Of a stretch of DNA of 64,000 nt, positions 41,557 to 51,778 are shown piece after piece. Source of the stretch: a virus. The translations under genes were made by a program, and so were the position numbers. Location of the stretch: IMG/VR virus record IMGVR_UViG_3300025789_000020; one strand, 5' to 3'. The notes beneath the pieces are model-generated. The model did not search any database and was not told the DNA's origin. It saw nothing but the letters and a program-made list of their open reading frames with translations. Positions within the stretch are counted from its first letter, which is position 1, and the number at the start of each line of letters is the position of its first letter.

Positions 41557-43028
41557 GATCCTGGCCCGTAATCACCTTCAAAGCTCTTGACCCAGGAAAC
41601 TCCGTTCCATAAGTATTGAACTCCAGTGTATATATTCGTCTGCCATATCATGGTGTTGCTTTCCTGAGTGCTGTGAAATATAACGTTCCATACAGATCCT
41701 GTATATTCAATGATATCATTAGTATTAGCAATTAATGGACCCCATGCACTAGCATAGGTACTGTCAGTATTGTTTATTGCTGACCCAATGTCTTCTATAA
41801 TTAAAAATCTTGTTCCTGCCGCAATTGCTTGATCTGTTTCTTCAGTACCAGTTGGACGTTTAGGATTATATGTTTGTGGATTTACAATGGCGTCGATAGT
41901 ACCAGGACTTCTTGCTCGATAACTGCCTGCTCCGTTATACTGTTGATCAGTATCTAATAATCCAGTGCTATCAATGCCAGTATTAGTTACTAGCGTATCT
42001 ACGTTCCAATTAACATGTAAAATAGAATGATCTAGAGGGTCAACTGCGATAGTTCCAATTACATCAGTGCCATTAGGTTGTGTTAAAAATATTCTACTCG
42101 ACCCAGCAGTATATTGTCCTGGGTATAAATTAAAAATACTATCCCAGTTAATTGCAGGTCCATTACGGATTGCAATATCTAAAGTAGGTTCTCGAGGTAT
42201 AACATTTTCAGTTGGCGTCATTAAGTACGCTTTACCGGCATATACTTGTATTTGATAATCGGTAATGGTTATAACATCTCTAGTAAGAATATTTGACAAA
42301 GTAACATCAGGATCTGCAAGATCATTGCCCAGCCCTTCGATGTAACCGGTATTAGCAACTGATGATCCAGAATACATACTGGTAATAATTTTTGTGATAA
42401 CTCCTAGGTGTTTAACTTTAGCTGGAGGACTAATCCATATTGGAGTTTCTAAAGTTAGAGTGCCAATCTCAATAGGTGTATCAGTGCCTACTGGAACAGT
42501 TCTACTTGACCATGAAATGTCATTTAAATTTAATACAGTTAAGCTAGTCCAATCTACAAAATTGTCAGTAGTCTGTAACTCTAAACTAGGATTAAACAAT
42601 ACTAATACTTGCTCTAGAATTTGTAATTTTTGTTCAGTACTTGAACTCCATATATCTACTTTCATAGTAAGTTTAAACGGAGTTGGCATTATGCGCTCAA
42701 CTGTATAGTTTCTACCTGAAGTTTGATTATATGCACCACTGTCATCAATACCGCGTTCTCTAACATTTACCTTGCCAATGTATGTACTATCACTTAGACG
42801 ATCTCTGTCTAAAGCTAGTGCTGTAACATATACTGAAATGCGAGGTACAGAATTTACTTTATTCTCGCTGTTGTTACGTATAATACTAGCCACTTGTCGA
42901 TCAGCATCTCCATACATAACTGGAATACGATGCAAACTTCCATCACCGTATCGCACTACAAAATTGCTGAATACACGCACTACTTGTGTAATGTATCGTC
43001 TGATTTGACCATCATAGAAGAACTGCAT
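41538..43028 (-). CDS. gp15: Tail sheath stabiliser/terminator (T4 gp15-like) with C-terminal extension
   Basis: FFYD.QIRRY...F...IPV.YG; P.P....; QILEQVL..FNP; adjacent to the neck genes. Confidence 0.75.
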   Translation of the reverse strand: MQFFYDGQIRRYITQVVRVFSNFVVRYGDGSLHRIPVMYGDADRQVASIIRNNSENKVNSVPRISVYVTALALDRDRLSDSTYIGKVNVRERGIDDSGAYNQTSGRNYTVERIMPTPFKLTMKVDIWSSSTEQKLQILEQVLVLFNPSLELQTTDNFVDWTSLTVLNLNDISWSSRTVPVGTDTPIEIGTLTLETPIWISPPAKVKHLGVITKIITSMYSGSSVANTGYIEGLGNDLADPDVTLSNILTRDVITITDYQIQVYAGKAYLMTPTENVIPREPTLDIAIRNGPAINWDSIFNLYPGQYTAGSSRIFLTQPNGTDVIGTIAVDPLDHSILHVNWNVDTLVTNTGIDSTGLLDTDQQYNGAGSYRARSPGTIDAIVNPQTYNPKRPTGTEETDQAIAAGTRFLIIEDIGSAINNTDSTYASAWGPLIANTNDIIEYTGSVWNVIFHSTQESNTMIWQTNIYTGVQYLWNGVSWVKSFEGDYGPGSWRIEL

Positions 43029-44458
43029 TATAGATCCGCCTTTGGTTTAAGAGCATTTGACAAACTTTGTCGTTGTTCTTCTCTATAGTTGTACAAAGTA
43101 ATAGTCCAAGATCCATCAGCTGGTAATACTTGTTGTACACTGTTTATTATAGGTAGTGTTATTCTTAAGCACGAACTCATTACACCAATAGGACTAGTAT
43201 AGTTGTATGAACTTATCATTGACGGATAGTCAGCTAATGCGTAATCAACGATTGTTGTATTTTGTTTTAGTACAATATACAAGGCAGTTGTATAACTAAT
43301 TCTTGTATTGATTACAGATGTTCCTTGGGTAAGTGTTAAAATATCCACAGCAACTTCTTCGTTGTATGTATAAGTTGTATTGTTAATAAACCCAGTTTTT
43401 AAAGTACTTCTAGTATCATTATTAGTCATGTTCATTCTAACGGCATCTTCAACCATTACCCATCGGGTGTTGTCAAAGCGGTACAGTCTATTAGGTAAAA
43501 AATCTGTTCGTAAAAAGAAATCATTGGTTGCCGGAGCCGCCGGGAATTGAATGCCATGACCAAATTGATATCCGTTAACTGGATATCCGTCTCCGACTAA
43601 GTATCCGCTATACCCAGATCTTACTGGAACACCGTCAACATCACCTGCATTTAAATTAGTATCACTGGCAAGGTTAGGACTTTCTGTAGTTTCTAAAACA
43701 GGTTTACCATTACTGTCAACAGCCAAACTCCAGAATTGTCTAGTTTCGTATCCACTCTTCGGAGCATCTGCTTCAGCTTGAGCAACTACTGCATCGTTAA
43801 TTTGCAATTCTTGATTACGAGTACTTAATAAATCTCTTAGTGTAGTATCTAAAACAGGATCGCCATTAGAATCTAATGCCGGTTGATTTAGTATGTCGGC
43901 AAACTGTTGACTGTCAGTTACTTTTTTGCATTTCAATCTGTACAAATGCGGGAACCAAGTTACTGAAAATCCTTCACTAGCACGACCTACATCTTCAATT
44001 ACATAGTATCTAGGCAAGCTAAAGTCAAAATCATTAAGAGCAAAGTCATCACGTAGGTGTGGGAGTTCAAACACATCACCACTTATAGGTTTACGTCCGA
44101 TAGTATTGATAATATCATTGATATGCACAGTTAGATAAATTGTATCATTATCAATAAAAAGACCAAATTGACTTAGATTAAAATCAATATTTGCAACATT
44201 ATACATACCTCGAAGTCTATAAATCTCAGTGTCATATTTTCTATCGCGATTTTCTAAAAACAATAAATCTTGAATATTTGTTGGACTTAATGCACCGTAA
44301 ACTGGTTGATCAGCAGTCCCTGAGGTTTTAAGTGTTGGCCCCATATATTTGTGCAAATACACATCTGTACCGCCAGCTTGAAACATCTCGCTAGCTTGGC
44401 GATCAATGAACTTATAGTCATTGCCTTTTTCTGGTTTATATAGACTTAATCTTGGCAT
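43028..44458 (-). CDS. gp14: Neck/head-closure protein (T4 gp14-like); start corrected to MPRLSLY at 44458
   Basis: LSQFGL....D; GR.P..GD; FW/W..H..L.C pattern; position between gp13 and gp15. Confidence 0.65.
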   Translation of the reverse strand: MPRLSLYKPEKGNDYKFIDRQASEMFQAGGTDVYLHKYMGPTLKTSGTADQPVYGALSPTNIQDLLFLENRDRKYDTEIYRLRGMYNVANIDFNLSQFGLFIDNDTIYLTVHINDIINTIGRKPISGDVFELPHLRDDFALNDFDFSLPRYYVIEDVGRASEGFSVTWFPHLYRLKCKKVTDSQQFADILNQPALDSNGDPVLDTTLRDLLSTRNQELQINDAVVAQAEADAPKSGYETRQFWSLAVDSNGKPVLETTESPNLASDTNLNAGDVDGVPVRSGYSGYLVGDGYPVNGYQFGHGIQFPAAPATNDFFLRTDFLPNRLYRFDNTRWVMVEDAVRMNMTNNDTRSTLKTGFINNTTYTYNEEVAVDILTLTQGTSVINTRISYTTALYIVLKQNTTIVDYALADYPSMISSYNYTSPIGVMSSCLRITLPIINSVQQVLPADGSWTITLYNYREEQRQSLSNALKPKADL

Positions 44459-44465
44459 AGTAACA

Positions 44466-44485
44466 TATTTATCGATAGCTAAATA
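44466..44485. promoter_or_regulatory. Back-to-back divergent late promoters (TATTTA-N8-TAAATA)
   Basis: tatttatcgatagctaaata between divergent gp14 and gp13. Confidence 0.7.
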
Positions 44486-44502
44486 TACTAGGAGAGTAAA
44501 AT

Positions 44503-45288
44503 ATGGACGATTTACCATCAAGTACGCAGAGCAATTCTACTATAGAACGAAATAAGGTTTTTGAATACATAAAAACCATGCTTGGTGACGGCATGATTGA
44601 TGTTGAGCTTGACCCTAAGCACTATGAAAATGCGCTAGATCGTGCATTAATTCGTTATCGCCAAAAAAGCTCAAACGCTGTAGAAGAAAGTTATAGCTTT
44701 CTAGAACTTATACAGGATCAAAATGAATACAGATTACCTGATGAAATTATCACAGTCCGTCAAGTTTTTCGTAGAGCTATTGGCTCAAGAACTGGTATGG
44801 GTGCAGGTGGTACTTTATTTGAGCCGTTTAACCTAGCATACACAAACACCTATTTGATGTCAGGTAGCATGATGGGTGGCCTAGCAACATATGACATGTT
44901 TGCAGGATATCAAAAGTTAGTAGGACGTATGTTCGGTAGTTATATAGAATTTAACTGGAAACCAACTACTCACATTTTAAATATTTTACAACGTCCGTTT
45001 GCACAAGGCGAGCAGATCCTAATTCAAAGTTACAATTTCCGTCCAGACTGGGTATTGCTACAAGATATCTATGCCAAACAATGGCTTAAAGATTATGCCT
45101 TAGCTACTGCTAAAATGTCTCTAGGACAAGCACGTAGCAAGTTTGGTAGTATTGCTGGCCCTGGATCACCTATTACGCTTAATGGTACTGCATTAATTGG
45201 TGAAGCTAAAGAAGAACTAGTAAACTTAGATAAAGAATTAGATAACTTAACAGCAGGCGGCACCGGGTATTACTTTATAATTGGTTAA
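44503..45288 (+). CDS. gp13: Neck protein / head-tail adaptor (T4 gp13-like)
   Basis: LG...IDVEL; W.KDYA.A..K..LG..RSKF; ITLNG..L..EA..E...L; terminal F.IG. Confidence 0.85.
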   Translation: MDDLPSSTQSNSTIERNKVFEYIKTMLGDGMIDVELDPKHYENALDRALIRYRQKSSNAVEESYSFLELIQDQNEYRLPDEIITVRQVFRRAIGSRTGMGAGGTLFEPFNLAYTNTYLMSGSMMGGLATYDMFAGYQKLVGRMFGSYIEFNWKPTTHILNILQRPFAQGEQILIQSYNFRPDWVLLQDIYAKQWLKDYALATAKMSLGQARSKFGSIAGPGSPITLNGTALIGEAKEELVNLDKELDNLTAGGTGYYFIIG

Positions 45289-45295
45289 AAATATT

Positions 45296-45324
45296 TTGAC
45301 CTTGTAACAAAACTGTTATATAAT
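45296..45324 (+). promoter_or_regulatory. Sigma70-type promoter
   Basis: TTGACC-N17-TATAAT upstream of dNMP kinase. Confidence 0.8.
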
Positions 45325-45345
45325 AGCATATCGTTAGGAGATGCT

Positions 45346-46002
45346 ATGATTATAGGTGTGTGCGGTTTTATTGGTTCTGGCAAAGATACTATTGCCGATT
45401 ATCTTACTAACTTTCATGGATACCGACGAGAGTCATTTGCTAACAGTTTAAAAGACGCCGTTAGTGCAGTATTTGGCTGGGATCGCACTATGCTAGAAGG
45501 TCGTACAACACAAGCTCGAGCATGGCGAGAAGAAGTTGATGCTTGGTGGGCAGAACGCTTGAACATGCCTAATCTAACTCCACGCTACATCTTACAATAC
45601 TGGGGTACAGAAGTATGCCGTAATGGATTCCACGATGATATGTGGATTGCCAGCTTAGAGAATAAACTACGCACTAGCAAAGACGATATTGTTATTAGCG
45701 ACTGCCGATTTCCTAATGAAATTAAAAGTATTCGAGATGCAGGCGGCATTGTTATTCGTGTAAAACGTGGTGCTGAACCTGAATGGTATCGAGATGCCGC
45801 TGATATGAACGCCGGCGATAAATGCATGAATTGGATGTTGGCTAAAACTCGTATGGAAAAACTAGGAATTCATGCTAGTGAAACAGCATGGGTTGGAACC
45901 AAGTTTGACTATGTATTAGAAAATAACAGTACTATTGACGATTTGTATACACAGGTATTGTCAGTTATAGGTCAGGGACAAGATCTCCCTGTCTCCACTT
46001 AA
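45346..46002 (+). CDS. Deoxynucleoside monophosphate kinase (T4 gp1-like)
   Basis: IIG..G.IGSGKDT, FA..LK, TPR..LQ.WGTE..R, ISDCRF.NE, HASE. Confidence 0.9.
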   Translation: MIIGVCGFIGSGKDTIADYLTNFHGYRRESFANSLKDAVSAVFGWDRTMLEGRTTQARAWREEVDAWWAERLNMPNLTPRYILQYWGTEVCRNGFHDDMWIASLENKLRTSKDDIVISDCRFPNEIKSIRDAGGIVIRVKRGAEPEWYRDAADMNAGDKCMNWMLAKTRMEKLGIHASETAWVGTKFDYVLENNSTIDDLYTQVLSVIGQGQDLPVST

Positions 46003-46291
46003 CTCCTTCTTTGTGTAGGACTCGTGTGCAGTTAGCACAAACTGTTTTTAAATTTGTATGACGGCAATTGTTTAGATCCCCGTCCACGTGAAACACTGAA
46101 AACACATCGGCATGCGGGCTTCTAAACCCGCATTTATCACACGCTGATTTCATTCTATAACCACTAGTAAACCACCGTGGTAGCTTAACTCCTCTATTAC
46201 ATGCACCGCATTGGCTTCTGTAATAGGGATTTCCATTTTTATAGTAGTTAACAGCAACAGGGTTGCGCCCGCACGAACATAAAGGTCTCAT
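45965..46291 (-). CDS. Zn-ribbon/HNH-like protein
   Basis: CSCG, CGAC, CDKCGF, FHVDG..NN...NL..VCANC. Confidence 0.65.
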   Translation of the reverse strand: MRPLCSCGRNPVAVNYYKNGNPYYRSQCGACNRGVKLPRWFTSGYRMKSACDKCGFRSPHADVFSVFHVDGDLNNCRHTNLKTVCANCTRVLHKEGVKWRQGDLVPDL

Positions 46292-46397
46292 ATTTTATTT
46301 AAGCCTTTTTACAGCCTTTTCAAATAGGTGTATTAGCTATAAATTATCCAAAACCACTAAATACATACAAGAACATGTACTCATTGGAGATAAAAAT

Positions 46398-49300
46398 ATG
46401 GCTCAATTAAGTTCACCAGGCGTAAGCGTAACAGTTATAGATGAATCATTCTATACCCCAGCAGCCCCAGGTACCGTACCACTACTAGTAGTTGCTTCAG
46501 CAGAAAGCAAAATGAATGGCGCAGGTACTGGTATTGCACCGGGCACATTAAAAGCAAATGCTGGTAAAGTTTATTTACTAACAAGTCAAATGGACTTGTC
46601 AAACACATTCGGTATTCCAAAGTTTTATACCGATGCAAACAATAACCCAATCCATGCTGGCGAACAGAATGAATACGGTTTAGAAGCTGCCTATAGCTTT
46701 TTAGGTGTAAGCAATCGAGCATATGTAGTACGTGCAGATTTAGATGTATCACAATTAACAGGCGAAACATCTGCTCCAGCAGGATTGCCAGCAGATGGCA
46801 CATTCTGGTTTGACACAGCTGACAGTAAGTTTGGTGTGTTTGAGTGGAATTCAGCTGCCGCTACAGTAACTGGTGGCCAGACATTCCAAGAACAACAAAG
46901 CGTTGGCAGTCTATCTGTGATTACAGATAGCACTAAAATTAATAGTGGCACTGGTGCTCCTTTAACTAGTTACGGTGCAGTCGGTGAGTATGCTATCGTA
47001 GCAACTACTACATTAAACAAATTATGGTTGAAAAAGTATCAAACAGATACAGCTGCCGGCACATGGGTTGCTGTTGGTTCTAGCGCATGGGCCGCAAGCT
47101 GGCCAGCTGCCACAGGTACTACATCAAGCCCAACATTGCTAACCAGCGATGCTATGGTAATCAATGGTTACTCTGTGACAGGTGCTACATCTTTAGCTAC
47201 GTTTGTTACAGCAGTTGCCTCTCATGTAACTGGCGTTACTGCCGCAGTGATTAATGGTTACTTAAATCTTTATTCAACAGGTGTTGATATTGTTATTAGT
47301 GGTTCAACTTGTGCTAAAGTAGGTTTAACAGTTGGTACATATAAAGCTCCAGCAGTTACGTTAGCTCCACACTTTAACGTTCCATTATATCGTGCAAGCG
47401 ATGTTCCATCGTCTGTTAACGGATACCCAACTGGATCAATTTGGGTTAAGACTACAGCAGTTAACAATGGTGCAGATTGGTTCATTAAGAAATACAATTC
47501 AGCAACTAGTTCTTGGATTCAACAAACTGTTAAAATGTATGCTAACGGCCAAAGCGCATTGGCAGCATTAGATCCAACAGGCGGTGGTTTAAACCTAGCA
47601 GTTGGTGCAACTTATGTAAAATACAATGACGATGAACAAAGTCCAGCTTATGCTGATTTTAAGATTTATGGTCGTAGCGGCGTTGGCCCTACAAACATTA
47701 CATCGTCTCCAATCGGAACTGGTACATTTACAGCAGGGTCTAACAGCTTTACTATACAAGAAAGTCTAGTAGGAAGCAGTACATTAAACAATGCAATTAC
47801 TGTAACATTTACAGCAGCCGGTACTACAGCAGACGTTAACACAATTTTAGGTGCAATTAACAGTGCGCTTGACTCAAGTGGTAACCCATTTGCTAATATT
47901 ATTGCTACTAGCAATGCATCTGGTCAAATTACAATTACACATACTAAAGGTGGTGATTTCCGTATAGTAGACGGTGCAAATATGCCAATTGGTAAAGTGT
48001 TTAGCATTGGTGTTACAGCTAACTTGTACGCTAATCCAGCTGGTACATCAAACGCATATGTAGCTAGTTTATGGACTCCAACAGTTAATGGTAGCGCATT
48101 TGCAGCCGCAAGTGATACACCTCCAACAACAACTCCAGCAAATGGCGTGTTGTGGTTTAACAGCTATCTTGATGATATTGATATCATGGTTAACAATGGT
48201 ACTACATGGGTTGGTTACTTAAATTATAATCAGACATTAGGTAGTCAAAGTACAACCACTGATCCAATGGGACCAATGGTAACAGCTACACAACCAACAG
48301 TACAAAGCGATGGCACACCATTAGCTAATGGCGATCTATGGATTGACCCTAGCGATACTGAAAATTATCCACGCATTTACAAGTTTAACTTCTTGACTAA
48401 GAAATGGGTATTGTTAGACAACAGCGATCAAACTACAGAAAACGGCGTATTGTTCCATGATGCACGTTGGAGTGTAGATGGTACAACTGGAACCCCAGCT
48501 AGTATCGTTAGCTTGCTATCAACTAACTTTGTAGATTTTGACGCTCCAGATCCTGCATTATATCCAAAAGGTATGTTGCTATGGAACCTACGTCGTTCAG
48601 GTAACAACGTATTGCGTTATGTATCTGGTTATGTTGATGTAACTGCACGTAACTTACGTTTTGGTAATGCATTGATGAACACATACTATCCAGATCGTTG
48701 GGTTAGCGATGCCGCTAATCAACCAAACGGTGCTGGTACATTTGGTCGTAAAGCACAACGTCAAGTTGTTCTACAAGCTCTTGGTGCAACAATTCAAAGC
48801 AACCAGCAGATTCGCGACACTGACAGCAGAATATTCAACTTAATTTCATGCCCTGGATATCCAGAAATGATGGCCGATTTAGTTGGATTGAATACTGATC
48901 GTGGCGAGACAGCATTTATTGTAGGTGACAGTCCTGCACGTTTAACACCAGATGCAACTTCATTAAGCAACTGGGGTAACAACGTTAACTCAGCAGTAGG
49001 TGACGGAGATCAAGGTTTAGTTACAACTAACGCATACTTAGGTGTTTACTATCCATGGGGTTACACAACTGATTTGATCGGTAATAACATTGTTGTTCCT
49101 CCAAGTCACATCATGTTACGTACAATCGCATTAAGCGACAACGTTTCTTATCCATGGTTTGCACCAGCTGGTGTACGTCGTGGTGGAATTACAAATGCGG
49201 CTTCAGTAGGTTATGTTGATCCAGTAACTGGCGAATTTAATTCAACAGCATTGAACATTGGCCAACGTGATACATTAGCTAGCATCCATGTTAATCCATT

Positions 49301-49694
49301 AACATATATTGGCGGAACTGGATTAGTATGTTACGGACAATACACACGCCAATTAGTGGCAAGTTCATTAGATCGTATTAACGTAGCACGTTTAGTAGTA
49401 TATCTACGTAGACAGTTAGCACAACTAGCTAAACCATACGTATTTGAACCAAACGACACAATTACACGTAATGAAATTAAACAAGCGGCAGAGGCATTAC
49501 TATTAGAACTAGTAGGTCAACGTGCATTATATGACTTTATCGTAGTATGCGATACTTCAAATAACACACCAGACAGAATCGACCGCAACGAGCTATATCT
49601 AGATATAGCGATTGAACCAGTTAAGTCAGTAGAATTTATTTACATTCCACTACGCTTAGAAAACACCGGCGCAATCAAAGGCCTTGGAAAATAA
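46398..49694 (+). CDS. gp18: Contractile tail sheath protein (1098 aa); start corrected to MAQLSSPGV at 46398
   Basis: SPGVSVT..DES, YYPW, VPPS, PWFAPAG..RG, DRINV.RL, FEPND..TR, P.KS.EFI; SD GGAG and TAAATA upstream. Confidence 0.93.
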   Translation: MAQLSSPGVSVTVIDESFYTPAAPGTVPLLVVASAESKMNGAGTGIAPGTLKANAGKVYLLTSQMDLSNTFGIPKFYTDANNNPIHAGEQNEYGLEAAYSFLGVSNRAYVVRADLDVSQLTGETSAPAGLPADGTFWFDTADSKFGVFEWNSAAATVTGGQTFQEQQSVGSLSVITDSTKINSGTGAPLTSYGAVGEYAIVATTTLNKLWLKKYQTDTAAGTWVAVGSSAWAASWPAATGTTSSPTLLTSDAMVINGYSVTGATSLATFVTAVASHVTGVTAAVINGYLNLYSTGVDIVISGSTCAKVGLTVGTYKAPAVTLAPHFNVPLYRASDVPSSVNGYPTGSIWVKTTAVNNGADWFIKKYNSATSSWIQQTVKMYANGQSALAALDPTGGGLNLAVGATYVKYNDDEQSPAYADFKIYGRSGVGPTNITSSPIGTGTFTAGSNSFTIQESLVGSSTLNNAITVTFTAAGTTADVNTILGAINSALDSSGNPFANIIATSNASGQITITHTKGGDFRIVDGANMPIGKVFSIGVTANLYANPAGTSNAYVASLWTPTVNGSAFAAASDTPPTTTPANGVLWFNSYLDDIDIMVNNGTTWVGYLNYNQTLGSQSTTTDPMGPMVTATQPTVQSDGTPLANGDLWIDPSDTENYPRIYKFNFLTKKWVLLDNSDQTTENGVLFHDARWSVDGTTGTPASIVSLLSTNFVDFDAPDPALYPKGMLLWNLRRSGNNVLRYVSGYVDVTARNLRFGNALMNTYYPDRWVSDAANQPNGAGTFGRKAQRQVVLQALGATIQSNQQIRDTDSRIFNLISCPGYPEMMADLVGLNTDRGETAFIVGDSPARLTPDATSLSNWGNNVNSAVGDGDQGLVTTNAYLGVYYPWGYTTDLIGNNIVVPPSHIMLRTIALSDNVSYPWFAPAGVRRGGITNAASVGYVDPVTGEFNSTALNIGQRDTLASIHVNPLTYIGGTGLVCYGQYTRQLVASSLDRINVARLVVYLRRQLAQLAKPYVFEPNDTITRNEIKQAAEALLLELVGQRALYDFIVVCDTSNNTPDRIDRNELYLDIAIEPVKSVEFIYIPLRLENTGAIKGLGK

Positions 49695-49708
49695 TTAGGA
49701 GATATTAA

Positions 49709-50332
49709 ATGTCAATCGCAGCCTTATCAAGATTTACAGTACCATTAGCGTCTGATCAAAGCGCCGCTTCACAAGGCCAATTAATGCCTAAGTTGAAGTA
49801 TCGCTTTAGATTAAACTTTGAAAACTTTGGTGTAAGTGGTAGCACAACAGAGATGACTAAGCAAGTTGCAGAAGCGGCTCGCCCAAGTGTTGAGTTTGAA
49901 AATCAAACCATTGATGTCTATAACAGCAGAATTTACTATGCTGGTAAGACTAAATGGGGTCCAATTACTATTAAACTACGTGACGATGTATTAGGTAACG
50001 TTAGTAAATTAGTTGGCGAACAAAATCAACGACAGTTTGACTTCTTTGAACAATCTAGTGCGGCATCTGGTGGTGACTATAAGTTTACACTACGTATTGA
50101 AATGCTAGACGGCGGTAATGGTGCCGAAGCTCCTAACGTATTAGAAACATGGGAACTATATGGTTGCTATCTACAGAAAACTAACTGGAATGATATTAAG
50201 TATTCTGATCAAACTCCAGTAATGATTGACCTAACTATTCAGTATGACAATGCTGTTCAGAAGGGTGCAACAGCTGGTTTAGGTACCCCAGGATTTGTAC
50301 AAACACGTGGCACAAACTCACTAGGTTCTTAA
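49709..50332 (+). CDS. gp19: Tail tube protein
   Basis: Follows the sheath; PKLKYRFR, YAGK..W..I, W.L.GC, LTIQYD. Confidence 0.85.
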   Translation: MSIAALSRFTVPLASDQSAASQGQLMPKLKYRFRLNFENFGVSGSTTEMTKQVAEAARPSVEFENQTIDVYNSRIYYAGKTKWGPITIKLRDDVLGNVSKLVGEQNQRQFDFFEQSSAASGGDYKFTLRIEMLDGGNGAEAPNVLETWELYGCYLQKTNWNDIKYSDQTPVMIDLTIQYDNAVQKGATAGLGTPGFVQTRGTNSLGS

Positions 50333-50364
50333 TAATAAAAACCCACTTAGGTGGGTTTTATTAT
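50332..50364 (+). terminator. Intrinsic terminator after the tail tube gene
   Basis: ataataaaaacccac-ttag-gtgggttttattat. Confidence 0.8.
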
Positions 50365-50409
50365 AGATGATCATTAAGTACGTAGTTTATTTTTTTAATA
50401 AATATTATT

Positions 50410-51402
50410 ATGGCCTTTACCGCAACTAATAATTTAAAATCTGATCCTGTTATCAATCTTAGAGATTGGCAACATGCTGCCAAACTGTTTGCTGATAATC
50501 AGTTTAGGCTTGCCCCTAAACTTGACTTTCAGTTCCATGTAGCATTTAGTGTAAACAAAGCGGCACTAAGAAATCCAGAGCTTGTACAAAGATATTCTAA
50601 CGAAATTAATATGTTGGTTAAGAATGTAACTTTACCTAAATTTTCAGTTAGTGTAGATAGTGTAAATCAATATAATAGAAAAAAGAACGCACAATTTCAT
50701 ATTAATCCCGAAGATGTTACTATTGCATTTCACGATGATAACATGGGATTAATTAATCAGTTGTGGCAAAATTACTATACCTATTACTACGCAGATCCAA
50801 CTAGTGCATCAACAGCAGGAGCATATAATCGAAATGCTACTCGTAGCAGTGATTATATTACTACACCCTATGGCTTAGATAATAAAAGTACAAATCCATT
50901 TTTTAATTACATTACAATTTATCAAATGGCAAGACACGAGTATATTAGCCTTAAATTAATTAATCCTATTATTAAAACTTGGAATGGAAACAGTTTAGAT
51001 TATTCTAAAACTACTACACACGATTTTACCATGCAACTTGCATATGAAGCAGTAACTTATGGTAATGGTGTTGTGACTGCAGGAGATCCAGAAGGATTTG
51101 GTTTAGAACACTATGACACTACTCCTAGTCCATTGCAAGGTATTAATCCTGACCCAACAATAATTCATCCAAGTTTTGTTAATAATTTAAATTCAACAAG
51201 TGTAGCAGTATCAACCCTTAATAATACTATTAACACTATAAACAGCTATCAAAATACACAAGTTCCCCCAACTGCAGGAACTCCCGGACTAACAACTGCC
51301 TCTCAATTGCAAACTATTAGCGGTGTGCCTGGCGTAGTTTTTCCAGTAGCAAGTAATTCTACAAATACAACAGTAGCCACACCTACAAAATTAGGGGCAT
51401 AA
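50410..51402 (+). CDS. Tail-tube-fold baseplate/tube initiator protein (gp48/gp54-like)
   Basis: K...LPK, NQYNRK, V...FHDDN, L.NP.I, LDY, YE pattern of tube paralogues; follows the tube gene. Confidence 0.55.
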   Translation: MAFTATNNLKSDPVINLRDWQHAAKLFADNQFRLAPKLDFQFHVAFSVNKAALRNPELVQRYSNEINMLVKNVTLPKFSVSVDSVNQYNRKKNAQFHINPEDVTIAFHDDNMGLINQLWQNYYTYYYADPTSASTAGAYNRNATRSSDYITTPYGLDNKSTNPFFNYITIYQMARHEYISLKLINPIIKTWNGNSLDYSKTTTHDFTMQLAYEAVTYGNGVVTAGDPEGFGLEHYDTTPSPLQGINPDPTIIHPSFVNNLNSTSVAVSTLNNTINTINSYQNTQVPPTAGTPGLTTASQLQTISGVPGVVFPVASNSTNTTVATPTKLGA

Positions 51403-51405
51403 CAC

Positions 51406-51777
51406 ATGAGCATTAGTATAAATTTACCTCCACCACAAAATACAACAGTTCAAGATGTAAGAACATTTTTTGATAATTATTTTGTTGCGCCTGTTAGTTT
51501 TCCAGCAAATGAAATTGACAGCACAGTTGCATTTTTTACTAAACGAGGATTTGATAAGTCAAGCGCATCTAGTACAACTATTGTAATGTTAAATCAAGCA
51601 AGGATTGACGGAGTTAGTGTATTTCAATTGTTAGACATGTTGAAGTCATTAACTGATATTCAGCTTGGGCAAGTAGTAGCACAAATTTTAAATAGCTATA
51701 GAGAAAAAACAAGTATCCTTGGTTACAAGATAGCAACTGTTGAAAATAGTTACGAAGCACGTAATATTTTAGTATAA
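51406..51777 (+). CDS. Hypothetical morphogenesis protein
   Basis: Operonic position and codon usage. Confidence 0.5.
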   Translation: MSISINLPPPQNTTVQDVRTFFDNYFVAPVSFPANEIDSTVAFFTKRGFDKSSASSTTIVMLNQARIDGVSVFQLLDMLKSLTDIQLGQVVAQILNSYREKTSILGYKIATVENSYEARNILV

Positions 51778-51778
51778 C

